Below are positions 13,740 through 22,634 of a DNA stretch of 45,070 nucleotides, piece after piece (position 1 is the first letter of the stretch; every line of letters begins with the position of its first letter). Source of the stretch: Octopus bimaculoides. Taxonomy: Eukaryota. Both the position numbers and the translations under genes were made by a program. Where the stretch lies: the NCBI RefSeq assembly GCF_001194135.2, contig NC_069000.1, positions 197,062 to 242,131 of the forward strand. Reading direction: 5' to 3'. The notes beneath the pieces were generated by a model that worked only from the letters and a program-made list of their open reading frames with translations, searched no databases and was not told the DNA's origin.

Positions 13740-14070
13740 TAAAGGGTAAAGATCCCCTTCGGTCATGAATGACCATGGGATTGCACCTATAAAGTAAGTC
13801 TCTCTGAGGCACAAGTCTAGGCAAGGTTGTTTATAGAAGACCAGAATGAATCCTAGCCCCCCACCCCGCTTCTCCATGCCAATGATATTATTCAAGAGAA
13901 AGGCAAAGGGGCCGATATAGCTTGGCACCAGTGACGTCACAACTCATTTCTACAAGCTGAGTGAACTGGAGCACCGTGACATAAACTGTCTTTGCTCAGG
14001 AACACAATACACAGCCTGGTCCGGGAATCGAACTCACTATTTCATGATTGTGAGCTCTAACCATTGAGCC
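13740..14070 (-). mobile_element. tRNA-derived SINE, family B in this report, near full length
   Basis: Minus strand begins gaaggcacatggctcaatggttagagc (box A-like)...gagttcgattcccgg (box B), then tgttcctgagcaagac...ttcactcagct..gaaatgagt; the same head recurs at 34795. Confidence 0.8.
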
Positions 14071-14084
14071 ATGTGCCTTCCTTT

Positions 14085-14127
<43 letters not shown>

Positions 14128-14154
14128 TTACACACATTATATACATATATATAA

Positions 14155-14385
14155 TGGTTTCAAATTTTAGCACGACCAGAAATTTCGCTGGATGCGGGGG
14201 GGGGGGTGTAAGTCGATTACATCGACCCCAGTATTCAACTGGTACTTATTTTATCGACCCTCAAAAGGATGAAAGGCAAAGCTGACGACAACAAAATTTG
14301 AACTCAGAAATAAAGACAGACGAGATGTCGCTAAGTATTTTGAGCAGCAAACTAACGATTCTGTCAGTGCAATGGCTTACACATG
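14155..14385 (-). mobile_element. SINE family C copy
   Basis: gtcgattacatcgaccccagtattcaactggtacttattttatcgaccctcaaaaggatgaaaggcaaag...tttgaactcagaa...ctaacgattctgtca. Confidence 0.8.
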
Positions 14386-14421
14386 GTACATACATACAAT
14401 ACACATATATGCATGTGCATG

Positions 14422-14425
<4 letters not shown>

Positions 14426-14501
<76 letters not shown>
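14426..14501. repeat. (TA)n microsatellite
   Basis: Uninterrupted TA run. Confidence 0.95.
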
Positions 14502-14502
<1 letters not shown>

Positions 14503-15284
14503 CATCTAAAACTATCATTATTCACTTTCTCGTTGAGGTTGCACCCTATCCACCCTGATACATCTAACTTTAAATAAACAGTATATAAACGCAAGATTTT
14601 TCAGACTCAGTGTTTTAATACCACAGGAATCATGATTTCCTTTTCAAGGCCCAGCTTTGCCTGTTTTCAATGACTTCAAGCAAACCACTTTATTCTGTGT
14701 CTTCACATGTCAAACCAAAAAATTGCCAGACATTTTTTGTTCTACATTGACGACTGAAACACCATCACAATCCAGGGTCTCTGCTTAGGTATACACACAC
14801 TGCGTATGAATGAATGAATGAATGAATGTGTGTGTATGTGTGTGTGTGTGTGTGTGAATGTGTTATGTATTTAGCGAAAATATTTGAAACTGTTTAATGA
14901 TTCCAGAGTTATCTCCCTGTTGTCGATGTGGTGAGTCGGAGCAAATTAATGGAGTTTATCAATAAACTCCTCACCTCGCATAGAATTGGCACAAAATCAA
15001 TGTCCTAACAATATATAACATAGGCCCTACAGGTCTGACCCTACAAATCTAGTCCTGCAGGTCTGGCACTTTATTAATCGCAGAAGGATGGACGGTAAAA
15101 CTGACCTTGGTGGAACTCAGGATATTATTTGATAGCACGCAAGCATTTTGTTCAATGCTCTAATTACTATAGTAATAATTTTTGTCTTCTGCCCTTTTAA
15201 TCCATTAAGGAGTGGACAGATGGAGATTTAGCTGCTATTTTCAACAGGTTTAGAAAGCATGTAGAGGCTCTCCCAGCTGATGGA

Positions 15285-15495
15285 TGTTGTTTATGCCAGC
15301 TCCTCTGGCCCCTGTGCTGGTGGCATGTAAAAGCACCCAATACACTCTGAGTGGTTGGCATTAGGAAGGGCATCCAGCTGTAGAAACACTGCGAGATCAG
15401 ACTGGAGCCTGGTGCAGCCTCCTGGCTTCCCAGACCCCAGTTGAACCGTCCAACTCATGCCAGCACGGAAAACGGACGTTAAACGATGATGATGT
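15285..15495 (+). mobile_element. SINE family D, 3' part with RTE-type (GAT)n tail
   Basis: gagtggttggcattaggaagggcatccagctgtagaaac...gtccaactcatgccagcacggaaaacggacgttaaacgatgatgatg; tail fragments recur at about 22430 and 24900. Confidence 0.75.
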
Positions 15496-15667
15496 TTTTG
15501 CTCCTTTGAAAAGCTGTTCTTGAACAGCCCCATCACTTTGGAAACATTAATTCTTGTCTGGGCCAAGTTAATACTTAGTTGGGTGACTTCTTGAGAAACG
15601 TAAGGGGCTGTTCACAAAAGTTTTAGTTACAGGTGCAACCCTGAGTTGTCAAGAAGCTCATTTTGCA

Positions 15668-15782
15668 GCCAGCTGGTTTCTGTTTCAATCACAGTGTGTG
15701 GCACCTTGGGCCAATGTCTTCTAATATAGCCTCAAGCCAATTAATGTCTTGTGAGGTCATCAGAAACACTGCATGGAAGCCC

Positions 15783-15816
<34 letters not shown>

Positions 15817-15912
15817 GATGCTTTATGTTTATCCACCACCACTAAATGATGACCCTTCATGGCATTGCCCCAGCATGGCCACAATCCAATGACAAACAAA
15901 TGAAAGATAAAA
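15668..15912 (+). mobile_element. SINE family A copy, internally deleted
   Basis: gtgtggcaccttgggccaatgtcttctaatatagcc...(TG)n...ccccagcatggccacaatccaatgacaaacaaatgaaag. Confidence 0.7.
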
Positions 15913-16855
15913 TGTGCGCGTGTGTGTGTGTGTGCGTGTGTGTGCAACTCAACAGAAAAAAATATGTAATTTTGAAAAAAAAAATGATTAAACTTTGTAG
16001 ATAATAAAATAACAAAAGGTCAACCATGGTATATTTATCCTCTGATAAATAATGCTAATTAATTATTTTTACCCCAATGGGCCAAAGAAAAGACTCCGAT
16101 TATTTGAAATAAAACAACGAGGTATTGAACTGGATTTGATCAGCGACTTATACAAGGGAGATAACTGTGTAATATACAGAAAAATCGATTCCTCGTCTTT
16201 TCAGTTTAGCTTTTTTTTAATAAAAAAAAAGAATGATCTTTAAATTTTTCTTTTTTATCTCAGCTCTCTCATTAATACAAGATAAACCGACCTTTAGGAT
16301 ATAATTAGATAATCTTATATACGTATGCTTTTATGTTAAAGGAAGAGAACAGAATTTTTGAGAATGATAAAAGTTATCTTCAAACTGGAGACCTTAACCT
16401 TTCAGCTGAGTCAAGTCCGTTGTTAAGATTCAAGGGCCAAGGGTTGATGCGAAACAAGGCAACGAATTTATTCTACCCAACAAAGGAATAAGAATCGATC
16501 CTTCAGTGGAGTTCTACATAGTTTCCATCCACCGAATTTCACAGACAATTATGAAAGTTATAACAAAACATTATAACAGCATAAACACAAACAATACAGG
16601 CAGAGAGACCGGACAGCTTGGTGTGTCCGAGTAAACTTTATTCAAACTTAAATCCGGAATTGAAGATGACAACATATTTAGGTTGTGGCAAAATTATTTC
16701 AGCTCAACAGAATTCAACAGTGTAAACATTAAAAGAAACTGACAGAAGTCTAAATGTTGGATAGGTCAAAGGTTTTCCATTTGAAAGAATCAGAGAATCA
16801 ATTCAAAACTGAAACTTCAGCTCACCTCCATGTTGGATTCTTTCAGAATGGGGGG

Positions 16856-16895
<40 letters not shown>

Positions 16896-16919
16896 GATAG
16901 AGAGAGAGAACTGACTTAC

Positions 16920-17133
16920 CTTGTGATTTGTCTGTATATAACTGGGTGTTCATGCTATGCACCTGGCTGCTTTCAGAGGCAATGTCCAACATTTCTTCAT
17001 CTGTGCTTGACTCAGAGTGAGGTGAACCGCGATGCCTGCCCAAGCTGTAGACACCGTTAGTGTAGGAGCTTGATGACTGTGCTGAAGATGACTGGCGTGA
17101 GGCCATAAACGGAAGAAATGGCTCTGTTTCCAT
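16920..17133 (-). CDS. CLCN3: First coding exon (CDS part) of a probable ClC-3/4/5-family H+/Cl- exchange transporter; later exons not found in the window
   Basis: ATG at 17133 gives METEPFLPFMASRQSSSAQSSSSYTNGVYSLGRHRGSPHSESSTDEEMLDIASESSQVHSMNTQLYTDKSQ (71 codons + 1 nt), ending at a consensus donor CAAG|GTAAGT (phase 1). SESSTDEEMLDIA resembles vertebrate ClC-3 SASSDEELLD and long ClC-5 SSSDEDLMDI; as I recall, the human CLCN3 first coding exon also carries some 5'UTR and ends in phase 1. The assignment is family-level and rests on one short motif. Confidence 0.55.
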
Positions 17134-17219
17134 GATAAATGAGAAGAAGAGATAAGACTTTCTAACATAACCACAAACAAGGTGGGGGATTCAGATTGAA
17201 TGCTGAGCGTTCAGGAAAC
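16920..17219 (-). other. Complete 300-nt exon (86 nt 5'UTR + 214 nt CDS)
   Basis: Minus-strand acceptor ttatttctgttttatttgtttgcag| with a strong pyrimidine tract (AG at 17221-17220) and GTAAGT donor at 16919-16914. Implies a non-coding exon further upstream (higher coordinates). Confidence 0.75.
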
Positions 17220-17669
17220 CTGCAAACAAATAAAACAGAAATAAATATACAAATGAATAGATCTGTCAATAAAGAAACTATAAAGATGTGTGTGTGTGTG
17301 TGTGTGTATTGCTCTTAGAGTGAAACTGATGTAATGAAACACACACATACACAGTTTGGCCTCTCTTTTCCTCTGCTTATCTGGATGGGATGCTTTCCCA
17401 TTGCTACAACACTGTATTTTCAATGGAGATGCATTCAACCTTATCAATACCAAAATGCTTCAGACCATTCCTCATTCTATGACACAAATTTCCTGTCTTA
17501 AAGTGATCGAAATAAAAACATTCTTCCATCAAAATTTTATGCTAATTTATGCTAATTAATGTTCCAAACACCACATTGATTGATAACAAAATTTTAATAA
17601 CTTCATTATTTACAAAATTAATTACAACAAAATCAGTGTATTTCAACTGAAATATGGTTTCAATGTTGA

Positions 17670-17825
17670 GGAGGAAGGATTAGTTGATTCCATTGATTCC
17701 AGTATTTGACTGAAACTTCCTTTTATTGACCCGGAAAGAATGAAGGGCAAAACTGATCTCAGCAGGATTTGAACTCAGAATTTAAAGCGTCAGATGAAAT
17801 GATACTCAGTATTTTATCTGATGGG
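17670..17825 (-). mobile_element. SINE family C copy, degraded
   Basis: ttattgacccggaaagaatgaagggcaaaactgatctcagcaggatttgaactcagaa. Confidence 0.7.
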
Positions 17826-18026
17826 CAAAGAAAACAGTTTTCCTTTCCACATATTTTATTCATAGTCATTACACAAACACACACAGAGTCAGGTCTCCCC
17901 CTGTCTCTCATTTATGAGACCCCCCCCCCCCATTATATTTCTATTTACCATGCAGAATGCCCCACTCCAGTTATTTAGACTCAGTATTACTAATTACTCT
18001 CTATTTCTGAACATTTCTAAGTGCTG

Positions 18027-18093
18027 CTGGTGAAGTAGCATAGGTTTTGCTGAAGAGGTCTAGCAAGACTGAAACATGTCATGTTTTCACCAG
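18027..18093 (+). ncRNA. Hammerhead-ribozyme core motif (type I, dimer-type), probably degenerate
   Basis: CTGAAGA (18050-56), stem II GGTCT/agca/AGACT, GAAA (18071-74), palindrome ACATGT, GTC triplet, enclosed by an 8-bp stem ctggtgaa/ttcaccag. The proximal stem I does not pair canonically. Confidence 0.45.
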
Positions 18094-18654
18094 TTGACTG
18101 AAAGACCCACTCCCCTCTGCCTTAAACTTTATTTCCCAAAATTTTTGATCATTTTAAATGGAGTTTTTTCCCTTGCTTATTGTTTTCAAGATTTTCAGTA
18201 CCCACAGAGGGAGTTTTTGTCTGCAAATTGCATGGATAATCTCAGTTAATTGTATTTTTTAAAACTCACTATTGCGTATCTGAAGCCTTACTGTATGCAC
18301 ATCTATTCATTTGCAGAAGCCTTTCCACCCCCCACCCCTATCAGCATAATAAACAAAGGGACACAAAACAGAGGGAACATCTGTTTGGGAGTTCAATTAT
18401 GGCCTGTGTAAGTGTTCAAATATTATCCGTGGGTATGTTGACATGCAGCGTGTAGACATGTTTCTGGGGAAATCATGTTTAAATTTGATCCATGGATATA
18501 TATCCAAATACAATATCCTGGGGCATGTCCAAATATGAAACATGAATGTGTTTAGATATGAACCAGGCACATGTTTAAATATGTGGATGTTCCAGGGAGG
18601 ATTATTTACATTATTTACATTTGACGGATATTTGTCCTCATCTTGTTTGTTGTT

Positions 18655-18700
18655 AACACAACGTTTCGGCTGATATACCCTCCAGCCTTCGTCAGGTGTC
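18655..18700 (-). ncRNA. Minimal type I hammerhead ribozyme (left arm)
   Basis: Minus strand GACAC-CTGACGA-A-GGCTG-gagggtatat-CAGCC-GAAA-CG-TT-GTGTT; identical to the right-arm motif. Confidence 0.65.
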
Positions 18701-18914
18701 TTGGGGAAATTTCGAACCTGGGTTCTCATTCCTAACGATGTTACTATTATTATATTATTATTATTACTATTATTAATCAGGTCGCTGCCGTGAATCGAAC
18801 TCGGAACCTTGGGGTTAGTAGCTCGCGCTCTTAACCACTACGCCGTAGGCAATTATGGGGTGAATTTTAAGGCTTATAAATCTATTATTTTTCTATCCTT
18901 CCTCAATACCGGTT

Positions 18915-19473
18915 NNNNNNNNNNNNNNNNNNNNNNNNNNNNNNNNNNNNNNNNNNNNNNNNNNNNNNNNNNNNNNNNNNNNNNNNNNNNNNNNNNNNNN
19001 NNNNNNNNNNNNNNNNNNNNNNNNNNNNNNNNNNNNNNNNNNNNNNNNNNNNNNNNNNNNNNNNNNNNNNNNNNNNNNNNNNNNNNNNNNNNNNNNNNNN
19101 NNNNNNNNNNNNNNNNNNNNNNNNNNNNNNNNNNNNNNNNNNNNNNNNNNNNNNNNNNNNNNNNNNNNNNNNNNNNNNNNNNNNNNNNNNNNNNNNNNNN
19201 NNNNNNNNNNNNNNNNNNNNNNNNNNNNNNNNNNNNNNNNNNNNNNNNNNNNNNNNNNNNNNNNNNNNNNNNNNNNNNNNNNNNNNNNNNNNNNNNNNNN
19301 NNNNNNNNNNNNNNNNNNNNNNNNNNNNNNNNNNNNNNNNNNNNNNNNNNNNNNNNNNNNNNNNNNNNNNNNNNNNNNNNNNNNNNNNNNNNNNNNNNNN
19401 NNNNNNNNNNNNNNNNNNNNNNNNNNNNNNNNNNNNNNNNNNNNNNNNNNNNNNNNNNNNNNNNNNNNNNNNN
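18915..19473. other. Assembly gap (N run) inside the inverted-repeat element
   Basis: Run of n. Confidence 1.
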
Positions 19474-19487
19474 CCATAGTTGCCTAC

Positions 19488-19560
19488 GGGCATATGGCGT
19501 AGTGGTTAAGAGCGCGGGCTACTAACCCCAAGGTTCCAAGTTCGATTCACGGCAGCGACC
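19488..19560 (+). promoter_or_regulatory. tRNA-like Pol III internal promoter (not a tRNA gene); mirror copy at 18780-18844 (-)
   Basis: Box A TGGCGTAGTGG (19495-19505), anticodon-like loop CTACTAA, box B GTTCGATTC (19540-19548); acceptor, D and T stems pair imperfectly. Confidence 0.75.
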
Positions 19561-19639
19561 TGATTAATAATAGTAATAATAATAATATAATAATAGTAAC
19601 ATCGTTAGGAATGAGAATCCAGGTTCGAAATTTCCCCAA

Positions 19640-19685
19640 GACACCTGACGAAGGCTGGAGGGTATATCAGCCGAAACGTTGTGTT
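19640..19685 (+). ncRNA. Minimal type I hammerhead ribozyme (right arm)
   Basis: Stem I GACAC/GTGTT, core CTGACGA (19645-51), extra A, stem II GGCTG/CAGCC, GAAA (19673-76), palindromic ACGT, GUU triplet; predicted cleavage after 19680. Confidence 0.65.
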
Positions 19686-21904
19686 AACAACAAACAAGAT
19701 GAGGACAAATATCCGTCAAATGTAAATAATGTTAATAATTCCTCATCTCTTAAATATAGAACTGTATTTCCAGGGAGGAGTTCAGATATGTGCTGGAGAT
19801 GCACTCAAACCGGACTCAAGCATTCAAATACAATGTTTAGGATAGGAACAATGGATGCGGGACATGTCCAAATATGACACATGGACGAGTTGAAGTTTGT
19901 CTTCCTTGTGTATGTACAGTGTTTAGATAGGACTTGCTTATTATGTGTCTGTGAACATGTTCAAATGCATCCTGTGAATGTGTTCAAATGCATCCTGTGA
20001 ATGTGTTCAAACCTAACAGAAGCATGTGTTTAATACAGAAGCATGCATGTGTTTACATATGGCATGTGGCTCTGTTCAAATACAACACTAACCCATATTC
20101 AAGTGCGGCACACCCCCAATATTCAAAGACTCCACTTGGACATATTCACATGTGATACATGCAACAACAACAACATGCACATGGATCTTTGAAATATACT
20201 TTTTTGCTTTTTATTAACAATTCCTTGTTTTCTACTAAAGTGAAACCTAAATGTCAAACAGTAAATAAAAATCCAAATTAATTGAGAAGAAGAAAGAAAA
20301 ATAAAAGGAGAAATCAAAGTGAAATGTTGTATTAAAAAGCGAATGGCAAGAGAGAGTGAGCACAACTTTGATCTGTTGTTTGATAAAGCAGTTTCCAGTT
20401 GCCATCCGACAGAGAAGTGTTTAGTCTCAGCCCAATTATTTATTAATGAGAAAGGACAGGCATGGTGGAGTCCCAACTAAGGGTATTCAGGTTCAAACCC
20501 ATTATGCAGCATCTTGGGCCATTGTATCAGATCAATCCAAACCTTGTGAATGGATTAAGGTAAATGTAAACTGTAGAGGTGCAGGTGAGCTTTGCCACAC
20601 AGTGTCACATTGTTTCTAGCTGAGGATTACATTATGGATGTGTGTGTGTGTGTGTTAGGAATACTCAACCACCTATACTTAGTCAGAGGTAGTTCAGTTC
20701 ATTGACTAGGGAGAGTCTACATTGTCAAAATTGAAGGACATCTATTTAAGTTTTACATTTTATGTGTGTGAATGAGTAATGCAGAGGTGAATGTCCTGCT
20801 CGCTATGGCCTTGATGTTACTGTCAGGTAATTATTCAATCGTGCATAAAAGGGACCGAATGAACAAATGAAATGAATGAATGAATGAATGAAGGCAGCTC
20901 CTTGACAGCTGATTTACTTGTGTGACACACACACACACACACACAGAGGGAAGAAATATTAAGATCCAATTGCAAATGTACACACATAATTACATATGTG
21001 TGTGTGTGTGGATTTCAATAGTGTTTGCATATCCACATTTATGCATACATACATTCATATATCATGCAGAGTATTAAATGTTGACTATGCAATGTATCAG
21101 TCTGTGTGTTTACTATCCACACACACACACAGAGTATGGCCGAATGGGAAAGAAGTTCATTTGGTAAGCATGAATGCCCAGATTTGATCCCACTTGGCAA
21201 AAAACTATAATTCTCTCTAGCTGCAGGTGAACCCATAACTTTTAAGTAAAAATGGGTTGATGGAAACTTAATGAAGACTGTTGGTTGGATTGCACCAATA
21301 ATTCCTAGGTACAGCCTGTCACACAGCCATGCTACCTTGGGAATACGTAAAGGATACATATAGCTGTGGAATACGCAACCATTTACATGCTAATTCAATG
21401 ATTGGGAACTTCAGTTGATTGAATAACGGAAGCCTCATTGCCAAAGCCAACAGAGCCAGACCAGCCCCTGGCCATTGCAAAAAACTGGAGCAGTTTCGTG
21501 ATGAGTGTATTGAACCAGAGTAGTGGATCATTACAGAAGAGATTTACTATCAACAGAAGCAATAATTTAAGATCAAAGCCAGTAGTGATCATAGAAAAGT
21601 CTAGAACGCAGACAAATTGCCATCAATCATTAAAGTTAAGATAGTTTTTTCTGAAAAAGTTTTTAAACCTGTCCAGCACCATAACTACAAGAATTCTATG
21701 GATGTCAATGCTGGTCAAACTATGAACACAGACACATGACCAGCAGATGTCCATCAATTGGTGGGGGTGGGGGTGGGGGAATGAAGGTAGCATTTATTTT
21801 GCACTCCAGGTCACCTGCTTCCTGTAATTTAAACTTGTCACCATGAACAGGAAGAACTAACAGAGAGCGTTTCCGAAACATACACTCACCTGACACAATT
21901 GAGA

Positions 21905-22190
21905 GTCTCTATGTGGTCATTGAACCTGCTAGAAAGGACAGCCAATACTTCCTAATACCATTCTCTACTGTCATAAAAAAAAAATAAAATGTATCATACC
22001 ACTGAGGTAGCCTCTACATCGTCGTTTGATTTGTTAAAAATGACAGCCAATACTCCCTCAAATCATACCCTGCAATATTAAAATAAAGAACACATCAGGC
22101 TAACATGAGAGCCTCTTGGAGTCGTTCTATGTGAATTTGTAACCAATCACCCTCAAATCATACCCTATTCTCTAAAAAAAGAATAAAGGG
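21905..22190 (+). repeat. Three head-to-tail ~103-bp copies of a dispersed repeat (family F)
   Basis: Units start at about 21905, 22010 and 22111, with the motif cagccaatactccctcaaatcataccct; dispersed relatives at about 5210, 8660 and 32750 (+) and 9830 and 27940 (-). Confidence 0.65.
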
Positions 22191-22508
22191 TGGAAGCCAA
22201 ATGAGGAACCACAAGGTCTGAGAGCTGATTGGGTGTGGCACCTTGGGCAACTTTACAGCTTCTGACTGAACAAATTTGGCAGATGGAAACTATACAGAAG
22301 CCTGTCATGTGTATGTGTGTGTATCCAAATGTCTTCCTATGGAAGAGATGTTTGTTCTGGCTTGAAATGAAGTCATGATTGGCATGAGGAAAGGCATCTG
22401 GTCACAGAATACTGCCCTGTCTTAACAAGTCTCATCCAACCCATGTTAGCATGCAAAAAGAAAAGAAAAAAACTGATGTTAAAAAAAAGAAACAGTGATG
22501 CTCATAAT

Positions 22509-22569
<61 letters not shown>

Positions 22570-22587
22570 ACATGTCTCATTTCAATT

Positions 22588-22634
<47 letters not shown>

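Larger units (their letters stand above)
18602..19767. mobile_element. Non-autonomous Penelope-like insertion with inverted (head-to-head) terminal arms and a 12-bp TSD
   Basis: Left arm 18602-18858 is the reverse complement of right arm 19474-19738 (a few substitutions and one 8-nt indel). TTCCAGGGAGGA flanks the unit at 18590-18601 and 19768-19779. Each arm has a tRNA-like head, an (AAT)n spacer and a hammerhead-bearing tail. The centre is a gap. Confidence 0.75.
18410..20100. repeat. Degenerate tandem repeat (catgtNNaaatatg-like units) interrupted by the 18602-19767 insertion
   Basis: gggcatgtccaaatatgaaacatg (18521) versus gggacatgtccaaatatgacacatg (19859); 23-bp unit tgttcaaatgcatcctgtgaatg x2.3 at 19958-20011. 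Confidence 0.6.

Noticed and set aside
16676-16725. ttgaagatgacaac...gttgtggcaaa as a third hammerhead
   Set aside because: A stem II-like pairing exists, but C3 and the GAAA are absent; too degenerate to call.
18780-19560. tRNA-like sequences as true tRNA genes (apparent anticodon ACT)
   Set aside because: Stems are mismatched, the anticodon stem is one pair short, and both copies are embedded in a repeat with a TSD; treated as a SINE-type head.
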